Of a stretch of DNA of 64,000 bases, positions 1 to 13,560 are shown in pieces (within the stretch, counting starts at the first letter, position 1; every line of letters begins with the position of its first letter). Both the position numbers and the translations under genes were made by a program. The DNA comes from Octopus sinensis. Its lineage: Eukaryota. The notes beneath the pieces were generated by a model that was not told the origin of the DNA, did not search any database, and saw only the letters and a program-made list of their open reading frames with translations. The stretch lies in assembly GCF_006345805.1 (NCBI RefSeq), contig NC_042998.1, forward strand, positions 26,102,001-26,166,000, given 5' to 3'.

Positions 1-586
1 CGACACCAGGCTCCAATCTGATCTGGCAAAGTTTCTACAGCTGGATGCCCTTCCTAATGCCAACCACTAGAATATAAAAACAATAATTTCCAAGAAATAT
101 AATTTTGTTTTCTTATCTTTCTATGCAAACGTTAATATCCAAATTTATCCAAGATATTCCATGCTATTAACCATTATAGCCCCAGACACTTTATTTGAAC
201 TTAATTAGGGCTGAGTTCACCAGGATAAAATTTGGGTGAAATTTATCAGAAGGGTACAGTGTCGGAAAGATTTTGTTGTTTTGCCCTAAATTTGCCCTGC
301 CTAAACAGACATAATGTCATAGACATTCCATGTGTGACCATCCCATCTTTTCTTGGAAAACATAGTGCCAAGATCACATTATTTAATCGTCCCTTCTTTC
401 CTAAGATGGTAGAGTGTCATTTGAGGGACACTTGATTATTATTTCTAGCAGACTAAATGACCATATATCAACTTACATGCTGGTTCGTATTTGAGAGGTT
501 CTCTTTCTCCCTCTGTTTTTCTTTTTCTCTCTATCTCTTGCCTTCTGTGTGTACGTGTGTGTGTGTGTGCATGTGTGTGTGTGCAT

Positions 587-650
<64 letters not shown>

Positions 651-2954
651 ATGTATGTAAGTGAATCTTGCATGAAGAATGGCTTCTCAAAATGTGTAGT
701 GATTTACTTAGCAAAAAACTAATTGGAGAGGAAGGAAAACTTATACAGTTGCCATAAAGAAATTATAAAAAAATGAAAAATACTGCCTACAACACCTGGA
801 GGAAATCATTTCAGTGTCACTGCTGGAAGATATCTTTTCTGCAAAATAAACACATGTAACACCCTCATCTAGCATGCACAAAGTATTTTTTAAATCAGTA
901 CACTGCCAGCTAGCTCGATTTTTTTTTTTTTTTCGTTCTTCAAAACTGATATTCTTCATTCTGGCAGCTGATTAAAATTTCCTAAATCTCTTCTTTTTTT
1001 TTCTTGTTTTCTTTTCATTTTTTTCTTTATTTTTCTTCTATTTTTGCAATGACTAAATCAGAGGTGGGAGGTCAACAGGCTATATGACTTTTACTCAGAC
1101 TCTGAAACTGAAAGATACTCTTGGATGCTACTACAATAAAGAGCAGCAAATCTTAATATTGAGCCATACTCAGATCAGGGATTGGAAAAAGCCCATCATG
1201 TGTGTGTGTGTGTGTATTTGTGTCTGTATTTGTCCCCCTTCACTGCTTGGCAACCTGTGTTGGTATGTTTATGTCCTTGTAACATAGTAGTTTAGCAAAA
1301 GAGATCAATTGAATAAGAACCAGGCTTTAAAGAAAAGAAAGTGCTGGGATCAATTCATTCAACAAAAAATTCTTCAAGGTGGTGCCCCAGCATGGCCACA
1401 GTATAATGACTGAAACAAGTAAATGGTAAAAATCTAAAATGTCTATTTTAAATATACAATCTCTGATAATCCTGACTTCCAAAAAAGGGTCCATATTTTT
1501 TTCCCTGTCACCAATTTTCTCCAACAAGCAAGCATACCCATCCTTCCAATTCATATAACCTCCTTTGCCAATAATATTCCAATTACCTTTCCTTACAACT
1601 CTTTGACATTGATTCCAAATTTTCTCGTGCAATTTAGAACACTAGTTTCATTAAAAGAAGATTAACAGTGACATCAAACAACATTTCTCACCACCTTTAA
1701 CTCCTAAAACATTAGAGAGAGTACCACATTACATGCTACATGCAACGAAACATGGGTCCATGCATAGAAAAGGTCCAGCTTTCAGGAATTAATTACAACT
1801 CTTCAATTACCACCTCTTAAAAACATAGGGACTATAAAAATCAGGGGAAAATAAGAATCACTGCTACAAGCTTTGTCCAAAATAGAGGAACCAGTTGACT
1901 AGTATTGTAGAGGTACATGGCTCAGAGGTTAGGGTATTTCACCCATGATTGTCAAGCTATGGTTTCCATTCCTAGACCAGGTGGTGTGTTGTGTTCTTGA
2001 GCAAGACACTTCATTTCACGTTACTCCAGTTCACTCAGCTGGCAAAAATGAAGTGTAATCCTGTGAGAGACTGGCATCTTGTCCAGGTGGTGGGGGCCAG
2101 GGCATGTATATACACCACAGAATCTGCCTATGGTTTAAGAAGGACTTTTGATCCTTTGAATACACAAAATTTAGATTACAAGCAATGCATAAACAAACTT
2201 GGAGAGATTCTTGGCAGTTGCCCACACTGCAAAAAATTATCAATCAAATTCTTCTTGAAGCACAGCCTACTGTAGTAACACAAGAAAAGAAACATAAGAC
2301 AGAACAAATCTGTACATACATGCGAAAAATTAAAGAAACACGGAATGATCATGGATGGAATGCCTATGATGATTGGCTGGTTGGATCAAAGCTGAATCAA
2401 AGCTGAATAATACAAATCTCACAATGAACTACACCAGCCTCCAATTAGTTTGTATGTAGCAAAAACTGGAAAAACAGTTAAACTATTTGAAACATCATGC
2501 TCAATAGATAAAGAAATACATAATGCCTAACCTTGAGGTTTTAGGTTCAGTCTCACCATGTGGTGGCTTGAATAAATGTCTTCTATTGAGGTCTTGGAAT
2601 AAGCAATGTTTTGTGAATGAAATATGTGAGTAGGAGCTATGTGGAAGTCAGTCTCATGTGTATGTGTGTGTAGTGCTTGAAGTGGTTTACAGATGTTGTA
2701 TATTCTTTTCTACTCTAGGCATAAGGCTCAAAATTTTTTGGGGGAGGCAGTCGATTAGATCGACCCCAGTACGCAACTGGTACTTAATTTATCGACCCCG
2801 AAAGGATGAAAGGCAAAGTCGAGCTTGGTAGAATTTGAACTCAGAATACCACATATTGTATATGGAGGAAAAGGAGGCAGCCTGTAAAGTGGTTGGCATT
2901 TGGAAGGGTGTCTAGCTGAAGGAACCATGCCAAAACAGATAATGGAGCTGGGTG

Positions 2955-3475
2955 TAGCTCCTGGCCTTGCCAGTTCCTGACATTGCCAGCTCCTGACCTT
3001 GGCAGTTCCTAGCCTAGTCAGCTCCTGGCCTTCCCAGCTCCTAGCCTAGCCAGCTCCTGGCCTTGCTAACTCCTGGCTTTGGTAGCTCCTGGCCTTGCCA
3101 GCTCCTGGCCTTGCCAGTTCCTGGCCTAGCCAGCTCCTGGCCTTGCCAGCTCTGGCTTCGCCAGCTCCTGGCCTTGCTAACTCCTGGCTTTGGTAGCTGC
3201 TGGCCTTGCCAGTTCCCGTCCTTGCCAGCTCCTGGCCTTGCCAGCTCCTGACCTTACCAGCTCCTGGCCTTGCCAGCTTCTGGCCTTGCTAGTTCCTGAC
3301 ATTGCCAGCTCCTGACCTTGGCAGTTCCTAGTCTAGCCAGCTCCTGGCCTTCCCAGCTCCTAGCCTAGCCAGCTCCTGGCCTTGCCAGCTCCTGACCTTA
3401 CCAGCTCCTGGGTTTGCCAGCTCCTGGCTTTGCCAGCTCCTGGCCTTGCTAACTCCTAGCTTTGGCAGCTCCTGT
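2955..3475 (+). repeat. 16-bp GC-rich minisatellite (consensus ccagctcctggccttg, ~32 copies) embedded in a family-B SINE
   Basis: Tandem ctcctggccttgccag units are visible directly. The flanks (gtggttggcatttggaagggtg.. upstream; tcctgtcagaccatc..gatgatgat downstream) are family-B SINE sequence. Confidence 0.9.
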
Positions 3476-3994
3476 CAGACCATCTGGCCCATGCCTGAAT
3501 GAAAAACAGATATTAAATAATGATGATCATGATCATGATGATTCCTAACGTAGGAACAAGATCAAAAACCTTTTAGTGGGGAGAGGGAACAGTTGATTAA
3601 ACTGACTCCAATTTTTGACTGATACTTATTTTATTGATCACTGTTCCCCATTTACTAACTTCAGTAGATTGCATTCATCATTTGCAAAGCAATCTTGTGA
3701 AGACGGCCAACAAGTGGGGCTTAGACAAGCATGTTACAGTTTCTACATGTAAGAAACAAGGAGACAAAATGAAAAAAAATATAGCAACGTTTAAAGCTAC
3801 AAATAGCCTATAGCTACAAATCTTTGGCGTTCCATCAAGAACGATGTCGTAGTGATACTGTTACAGATTTCTTTCCTAAGGATTTAAATGTTGAAAATGC
3901 AAAAAGACAGTGGGAATGGTAAAATAACGTATGATATTATTTAGACTTGCTGTTAAAGAACTACATAAATATCAAATGGAAATTGTAGTTGTGG

Positions 3995-4310
3995 TACTTG
4001 TGCCTGTGGCACGTAAAACGCACCATCCAAATGTGGCCGATGCCAGCACCGCCTTAACTGGCCTCCGTGCCGGTGGCACATAAAAAGCACCAACCAATCG
4101 TGGCCACTGCCAGCCTCTCCTGGCACCTGTGCCGGTGGCACGTAAAAAGCACCCACTACACTCACAGAGTGGTTGGCGGTAGGAAGGGCATCCAGCTGTA
4201 GAAACACTGCCAGATCAGACTGGAGCCAGGTGCAGCCTCCTGGCTTCCCACACCCCGGTCGAACCGTCCAACCCATGCTAGCATGGAAAACGCACGTTAA
4301 ACGATAATGA
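3995..4310 (+). mobile_element. SINE family B (GAT-tailed) copy
   Basis: Contains ggttggcggtaggaagggcatccagctgtagaaacactgccagatcagactgg..ccatgctagcatggaaaacgcacgttaaacgat, which recurs more than 10 times in the window. Confidence 0.85.
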
Positions 4311-4469
4311 TTAGCTCTGACAGAACAGAATCATGATCAAAAGAATTCTAGCTGTGACCATTGATATTTTTTCTGGTAGTAATATGTCTTGAACAATATT
4401 AGCCAATGTGTTTTCATTTTATAAGACAGCAGAGCATGGTTTCAGTAATATTTAGTTGTTGTGTAAGAC

Positions 4470-5090
4470 GGTGAGCTGGCAGAAACGCTAGCACACCAGG
4501 CAAAATGCTTGGCATTATTTCATCTGTCTTTACGTTCTGAGTTCAAATTCCGATGAGGACAACTTTGCCTTTCATCCTTTCAGGGGCGATAAATTAAATA
4601 CCAGTTGCATAATGGGATCGATCTAATTGACTGGCTCCTTCCCCCAAAATTACGGGCCTTGTGCCAAGAGTAGAAAAAAATATAGTAAGGCAGTGAGCTA
4701 GTAGAAACATTAGCATGCCGGATGAAATGCTTAGCAGTATTTTGTCTGCCGCTACATTCTGAGTTCAAATTCCACCAAGGTCAACTTTGCCTTTCATCCT
4801 TTTGGGGTTTATTAAATAAGTACCAGTTATGCACTGGGGTCGATATAATCGACTTAATCCGTTTGTCTGTCCTTGTTTGTCCCCTCTGTGTGTAGCCTCT
4901 TGTGGGCAGTAAAGAAATAAGTATTTTGTCTGTCTTTACATCCTGAGTTTAAATTCCACCAAGATCGACTTCGCCTTTCATCCTTTCAGGGGCGATAAAT
5001 TAAGTACCAGTTGTGTATTGGGGTCGATCTAATTGACTGGTACCCTCGCCCAAAATTTCAGGCCTTGTGCTTAGAATAGAAAAGAATATT
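4470..5090 (+). mobile_element. Three concatenated SINE family C copies (tRNA-like head; gactttgcctttcatcctttcggggtcgataaa..gtaccag core)
   Basis: Repeated gagctggcagaaacgctagca..ctgagttcaaattcc..actttgcctttcatcc..gtaccag blocks. Confidence 0.8.
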
Positions 5091-6045
5091 TAGCTGCCGT
5101 TTCTAGCTTGTCAGTTCATAAATTCCACTGCTATTATGAGGTATCACAAATGAATGTTTTACATTTGACAATCATTACTATATTGTGGGAGGTCACTGTA
5201 TGGCCTTCAGGTTCCCTATCACTAGTATGACTTGTATTGGATGCATTGCTAGTCCTATCTGGATTATTAATACAAAGTATAACACCAAACTTCAGAATCT
5301 TAAGTTGTTCCTATTCCAAAACTGTTTCAATTTTAGATATGAAATACCAAACTTTTATTGCTCAACACTGAAACAAGATGTCTACACATTTTGATAGCTT
5401 TATCAAAAATTCCCATATCATTTTGAAGATGCCCAGTTTATTTTGATTTGGTTATTATGAAGAAAACCATCAATGAAAGATGTTGAGAGAATAATGTTTT
5501 GAATATGGCTAAGTTTGTGGTTGTCTTGTATTCTCTCAATAGATTGGTTAGTACCATTCTTTACTAACAAAAGTATTTCTACAACCTACATTAGGGGCCT
5601 GAAGCTATCTGTAATATCTATTTACAAATATGATTATTTGACACATTGGATTATTGATGACAAATATATCGAACTAAAAATGGAATACAGTAAAATTTAC
5701 AAGCAGCACACAACAGCTAAACTTCATTGCCAGAGTAAAAAGCAGTTTAAATATATTTAGTTATACATGTCAGAATACACACACAGAATGGTAAGAAAAA
5801 TTTTACTTGCAAAATATATTAAATTATTCAATGGCTGGTTTTTATAAAGACAATATTTATAAAGGTTTAAAATATTTAAATTTCTTTACTGTGTAATTAA
5901 TTATATTATCATAATTAATTATGTCATTCACTCACTTGGAGTGAATTCAATTTATTATTTTTAAAGTCACAATCTCTTATACATACCATCCAATAGGCAG
6001 AATACCTTTTAATTTTCTCCATAATTATAGCTCACGTCCACATTA

Positions 6046-6047
<2 letters not shown>

Positions 6048-6076
<29 letters not shown>

Positions 6077-6380
6077 TGTATGTATGTATGTATGTATGTA
6101 TGTATGTATGTATGTATGTATGTATGTATGCATGCATGTATGTATGTATGTATGTATGCATGTATGTATGTATGTATGTGTATGTATGTATGTGTATGTA
6201 TGCATGTATGTATGTATGCATGTATGTATGTATGTATGTATGTGTGTATATGTATATATGTATGTATGTATGTATGTATGTTTTTATGTATGTATGTATG
6301 TATGTATGTATGTATGTATGTATGCATGTATGTATGTATGTATGTATGTATTTATATATGTATTTATGTATGTATGTATG

Positions 6381-6416
<36 letters not shown>

Positions 6417-6515
6417 TGCAGTTATGTATGTATCTATGTATGTATGTATGTATGTATTTATGTATGTATGTATGCATTTATGTATGAATGTATGTATGTA
6501 TGTGCGCATGTATGC
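6048..6515. repeat. Degenerate (TATG)n microsatellite, ~470 bp
   Basis: Direct inspection. It explains the MYVC/HTYI ORFs. Confidence 0.95.
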
Positions 6516-7247
6516 ATGTACATTAGTACAAATGTGTATTTTGTTATGCATACTTTATCATTAACTTCTGAGAGCTTTTGTAGTTACCTTTCAAAATTCT
6601 GTTGTCTCTTTAGGCACAGTGAGTGAATAATTTGGACAGTTCCTAACAGCAAATTATTGATTACTTTACAGTAACAGAGGAAAATTTCAATTAAAGCCAT
6701 CTTGTGTTGCTTGGTATATATCATTTCTACTATACTATGTAAAAGAGCTGTGTTCACTCGTATTGTTCTTCTTTTTCCCCTCTTCATATCACAATATACC
6801 TATACTTACTGCTTAATTGTGTTACACAGCATAATCTGCCACACATAATTAGCTTTTGTGTTTTTAAATTAATTCATATGCACAATTATTGATTTTTGTT
6901 GTTGTTGTTGTTGATTATTTAGGCACAGCTAATTATGACATGAAAAACTCTTAGCTGCTTACAAAATGTCGTAAAAGTGACATGAAAAGCTGCTGGGTTG
7001 CTTAGAAAGTGGATTAAAAGCAACATCACAACCAATGAAGACATTAATAAGAGCTAAAATTACCATTTTGCAGTTGGTAATACAAGCCGTTCTAGTCAAA
7101 CAAAATATAGAAGCAATGCTTTTTTTTTTTTTTTTTTACCTTTCTCTTTTTTTCTCATTACTTATCAGTACCTTAATACTTACTTCTCATTTTGACTGAA
7201 CTTTCTATTATTGTCAACAACATTTGGTCCAGGTTAGCGTCTTCAAT

Positions 7248-7863
7248 TTAACCATTTAGCAACCAGATTACTCTGTGAAATGTAATACATATTTACTCTT
7301 TTACTTGTTTCAGTCACTTGACTGCGACCATGCTGGAGCACTGCCTTTAGTCGAGTAAATCGACCCCACGACTTATTCTTTGGAAGCCTAGTACTTATTC
7401 TATCGGTATCTTTTGCTGAACTGCTAAGTTATGGGGACGTAAACACACCAGCATTGGTTGTCAAGCGATGTTGGGAGGACAAACACAGACACACAAACAT
7501 ATACACACACATACATATATATATATACATATATACGACAGGCTTCTTTCAGTTTCCATCTACCAAATTCACTCACAAGGCTTTGGTCGGCCCAAGGCTA
7601 TAGTAGAAGACACTTGCCCAAGGTGCCACACAATGGGACTGAACCCAGGACCATGTGGTTGGTAAGCAAGCTACTTACCACACAGCCACTTTTTTTTTTA
7701 ATTAATCATACATTATTCTCCAAGTTTGAAATTTTAATTATAACTGTTAATTTTTAGAAGGACAATGTAGGGTAAGCGTAAGAGGCCAGACCTGTCTAGT
7801 TTCGACATAAAACAAGTAAAATATTTGGGCCAAATACAGCCCATTTATATGGTAATGGGTTAA
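7248..7863. mobile_element. piggyBac-type MITE interrupted by a family-A SINE
   Basis: ttaaccatttagca..gattactctgtgaaatgtaat at the left and ..atttgggccaaatacagccc..aatgggttaa at the right match the intact copy at 34121-34349. Confidence 0.7.
7294..7690 (-). mobile_element. SINE family A (tRNA-derived, TAAAAGAG-tailed), near full length
   Basis: Reverse complement of the 59581-59984 copy. Confidence 0.9.
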
Positions 7864-7867
7864 ATAT

Positions 7868-8458
7868 ATATTTATTTCTTTATTGCCCACAGGGGGCTAA
7901 ACATAGAGGGGACAAACAAGGACGTCCAAAGGGATTAAGTTGATTACATTGACTCTAGTGTGTAACTGATACTTATTTAATCAACCACAAAAGGATGAAA
8001 GGCAAAGTCGACCTCGGCAGAATTTGAACTCAGAACATAACGGCAGATGAACTACCTATTTCTTTACTACCCACAAGGGGCTAAACACAGAGGGGACAAA
8101 CAAGGACAGACAAACGGATTAAGTCGATTACATTGACTCTAATGTGTAACTGATACTTATTTAATCAACCACAAAAGGATGAAAGGCAAAGTCGATCTCT
8201 GCAGAATTTGAACTCAGAATATAACGGCAGATGAAATACTTATTTCTTTACTACCCACAAGGGGCTAAACACAGAGGGGACAGACAAACGGATTAAGTTG
8301 ATTACATTGTCTCTAGTGTGTAACTGGTACTTATTTAATCAACCCCAAAAGGATTAATGGCGAAGTCGACCTCGGCAGAATTTGAACTCAGAACGTAATG
8401 GCAGACGAAAAACCACTTAAGCATTTTGCCAGCATGCTAATGATTCTGCTAGCTCACC
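7868..8458 (-). mobile_element. Family-C SINE as a head-to-tail trimer (~185-bp units, one head)
   Basis: Three consecutive tatttcttta..cccaca.ggggctaaac..aaaaggatgaaaggcaaagtcg..gaatttgaactcagaac blocks. Only the last continues into the tRNA-like head. Confidence 0.85.
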
Positions 8459-8562
8459 ATATATTGATAATTTCATTTGTACCTAACTACTTACCAATTT
8501 CAGTCTCATCACATGTGGTTCTGAAGTTTAATTTTTCAGTTGATTTTTTTATTGTTTTTTAG

Positions 8563-8602
8563 ATATATTCGTCCAATTAAGCATTTGCTAGTATTGTATA
8601 CG
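8563..8602 (+). CDS. Candidate internal exon of an unidentified gene (YIRPIKHLLVLYT)
   Basis: Strong acceptor (ttttttattgttttttag), strong donor (cg/gtaagt) and one open frame. No homology recognised. Confidence 0.3.
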
Positions 8603-10043
8603 GTAAGTTGGCATTTCTGTTTAAGCATATCAAATTCTATTGACCTTATTTGATTCAATCTGGAATGTTGCTACCGACTGACAATAATATTGTTTTACTT
8701 TTATTTCTATCCATGCAGTAGGTAATTAAGAAAAGAACTGAAACTTTAGAAATGGTCTTCCTAAATTTATGTGAACACTGGAATTATCATGTGCCCAATA
8801 AACCTAATTTCAAATTTAGGTTTCAGTTTTTCTTCTTTTTTTTTTAACCTTCGTTATTAGAAACAGCAGCCAAACCAAATAACTGTAAATGCTTTTTTCT
8901 ATAATACAATATATTCATTCAATGGTTTGAATTTCTATCACTGGTTCTTTAAGTTCTTTAACCTCTGTAACAATATGGTATTGTTTGTTATATTGGGCCA
9001 TTATTTAAAACTGAACCCATTATTGTTAGAGTTACTTCGTTTGGCTTGATATAAATGCTTCTGCATAAAGAAATCTTTGTTGGTAGAGCAAGCAAGCCTG
9101 AGTAGACTGTATTATGCTTATTAATTTAAATACACTGACACATGTCTATATGGTCTTTTGTGTTACAAACAAAGATTAGATTTTTCCTTAAGCATATAAA
9201 TTTCCTTTGAGAAATTAATTCTTAATTTCTTCAATCATCTCCACCTTTCCATTGATAATTACCATAAGATTTCTGCTTCGTTTCTACTTCTGAGTGGATG
9301 AAAGTAATGTCACACAAAACATCATCATCAAAATTTTATAAGTTTTTGTTGAATTTTTGAAAAAAGAAAAACACAGGTTTATTTTGCTAAAATCAGTCAA
9401 GACAGAAAAAAAATAGTTCTTGATTTAGTGAAAGAAACTAAAAATCCAAAAGACTATATGACATGATTTTTATGCTATGAATAATTACAAGAGACATATT
9501 TTACTCAAGACTGGAGAACAGTCAAACAATAACTTTTAAAGATAGCAATCAGAACTGACTGAAACAAGTCAATGATAAATGATAACATATAGAATATTAT
9601 AAGATATCAGCATTTGACTAAAATATTCCATAAATTTGTATATTCACTACATTTCTGCTTTGGCTTGTGATAACAAAATATTTTCTTATGGTTCCAAATT
9701 ACATCAACTATTCTTTCTTCTGCAAGAGTGTATCATAGTCTCTTCATACGTGGACATATGAAAAATAAATTTTTATGTATGGCATATTTTTAGCAAACTA
9801 GGTTATTCCATAAATTTGAATATGGAATCAAATTTGATTCAATATTTATTTCTTTATTGCCCACAGGGGGCTAAACATAGAGGGGGACAAACAATGACAG
9901 ACAAAGGGATTAAGTCAATTACATTGACCCTAGTGTGTAACTGGTACTTATTTCATCAAACCCAAAAGGATGAAAGGCAAAGTCGACTTCAGTAGAATTT
10001 GAACTCAGAACGTAACAGCAGAAGAAATACCGCTAAGCATTGA

Positions 10044-10304
10044 CAGTGCAGCTGGACTGGCTCCTGTGCTGGTGGCACATAAAAAGCACCATTTGAGCGT
10101 GGCCATTGCCAGTACCGCCTGACTGGCCCTCGTGCCAGTGGCATGTAAAAGCACCCACTACACTCTTGGAGTGGTTGGCATTAGGAAGGGCATCCAGCTG
10201 TTGAAACTCTGCCAGATCAGATTGGAGTCTGGTGCAGCCATCTGGTTCATCAGACCTCAGTCAAATCAGCCAACCCATGCTAGCATGGAAAGCGGACGTT
10301 AAAC

Positions 10305-10337
<33 letters not shown>
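10044..10337 (+). mobile_element. SINE family B copy with (GAT)n tail
   Basis: aaaaagcacccactacactc..ttaggaagggcatccagc..ccatgctagcatggaaagcggacgttaaacgatgatgat. Confidence 0.9.
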
Positions 10338-10339
<2 letters not shown>

Positions 10340-10584
10340 CGCTCAGCATGCTAACGCTTCTGCCAGCTTGCTGCCTTGGTTCAATATTTTATTCAAGAAA
10401 CTCTTGTGCAGTTTTTACAGGTAAATGTAGAAAAGATTTTCTAAAACATGAAGCTAGCAGTTTACTTCTTGTCTAGTAGTTCATTTTAAAATATTGGTTT
10501 CAAATTTAGGCACAATGCCAGGAATTTCAGGGTGGAGGGGAGACTAAATCAATTACATCGTCCCCAGTAGCACTTATTTTTTTT

Positions 10585-10930
10585 TGTGGCACTCCGTCGG
10601 TTACAGTGACAAGGGTTCCAGTTGATGCAATCAATGGAACAGCCTGCTCCTGAAATTAATGTGCAAGTGGCTGAGCACTCCACAGACACATATACCCTTA
10701 ACGTAGTTCTCAGGGGAGATTCAGCATGACAGAAACAGGAAGAAAGAGTGAGAGAGAGTTATGGTGAAAGAGTACAGCAGGGTTCACCACCACCACCCTG
10801 CTGGAGCCTCGTGGAACTTTAGGTTCTTTTCGTTCAATAAACACTCACAACACCCGATCTGGGAATCAAAACCGTGATCCTACGATTGCGAGTCTGCGAC
10901 CCTAACCACTGGGCCACTGCACCTCCACGG
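10585..10930 (-). mobile_element. SINE family D copy inserted in a family-C copy
   Basis: gtgcaagtggctgagcactccacagacac..ttctcaggggagattcagcatgac is shared with 23445, 33690 and 42510. A tRNA-like head lies at the right end (ctaaccactgggccactgcacctccac). Confidence 0.75.
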
Positions 10931-11304
10931 CACTTATTTTATTGATCCCCAAAACAATGAAAGGCAAAGTTGATCTCAGCAGAATTTGAACTTAGAACAT
11001 AAGGACAGATAAAATTTTTATGTGCCATTGGCACAGGGGCCTGGCAACAACCACAATTGGTTGGTGCTTTTTACGTGCCATCAGCACAGAAGTCAGTCAA
11101 GGTGGTGCTAGCACTAGCCACATTCGGATGGTGCATTTTACATGCCACCAGCATGGGGATCACAACTACAATTTCCATTTAATTTTGATTTTGATGTCCT
11201 TGACTCAATAGGTCTCCTCAAACATGGCATGTCATCCAACGATTCAAGGTACTTTTGAGTGAGCTGGTTATGTGACACTGATGTAGGTTACAGCTGTGAA
11301 CTCA

Positions 11305-12415
<1,111 letters not shown>

Positions 12416-12958
12416 AATGCCCTGATGCAGTACCAAGCAGCTGCTTTCATGGCTTAATTGATTGGAAGTGTTATCATATACATTGTTTTATCTTGGGATG
12501 AAAGATGGGCTACAGCAAATATTCTACTCAATACCACAGATTTGCTTGTCAGTTGTTTGACCTTAACCAGTTAAACATGCCCCCTAGTGACTGATGATAT
12601 GTGCATCTCTGATCACAAGTAGAAGTAGTGGGGGAGCATCATAGCCATGTACTGAGAGGAATTCTTTGAGGTTTGGATAATTCACTTCTGGAAACATTGG
12701 TCTTTCATTCAACATCATTAAACAACCCTTATTCAGGGACCTTTTGAGCAGGATGGGTTACTCGACCTAAAGAAAATCCTAACTGGGCCCCCACCTGCAA
12801 GGTCATGTGCTATTAATCTTGATTTGAAATCACCCTGTCACGCACATATGGTTGTGATGTATATGCCTGGTGTACTCTTATTAAACGGGTTGTCATGATG
12901 GGTATACTGGGCTCCATATATTTTACCCCAGTGTCACTTTGATAGCATGCACTGCTCT
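12416..12958 (+). mobile_element. Non-autonomous ~540-bp element (family E) flanked by TAA/TGA arrays
   Basis: Reverse complement of the copies at 55541-55912 and 55987-56552. It ends ..gcactgctctctcac followed by (AAT)n. Confidence 0.8.
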
Positions 12959-13284
12959 CTCACGCAATAATAATGATAATAATGATAATAATAATAATAA
13001 TAATAATAACAACAACAACAACAATAATAATGTTAATAATAAAACAAACTTATATCTATGTAATCCCAAATTTTTGAAACAAATGGGCATGTACTGGTGT
13101 ACTGTTTGCCCAAACTTGTTAAATGAGGATAACATTGTTAAATTAATTTGGCCTGTAGCTGGATCCATCCTACACGTTTGACATAACTCTTTGAACCAAC
13201 GATGTTTGGGTACTGTAGGGATGGAGATTACAATCTAGAGGAGATGGATTTGGAACAGAAATGAGGAGACGGATTGGTGAGGAA

Positions 13285-13560
13285 TATGGCGAAGAGGAGG
13301 AGTGGGAGGGGGAGGACAAGGAAGAGAATGAAGAGAATGAAGAGATCAAGGGGTAGGAGATGAAGGGGAGGATGACGATGACAAGAAGGCAGGGGTGAAG
13401 GAGGAGGAGGAGGAGGAGGATGAAGAGGAAAAGAGAAGGAACAAGACAGTGAGGAAGAGGAGGAAGAAAAGGAATGAAGGAAAGAAGAGGGGGAATAGAA
13501 AGAAAGAAAGAAAGAAAGAATAAAATGTTGGAAGGAAGGAAAAAGAAACAAGGTAGAAAA
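13285..13560 (+). repeat. Polypurine (GA-rich) low-complexity tract
   Basis: Direct inspection. Confidence 0.85.
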
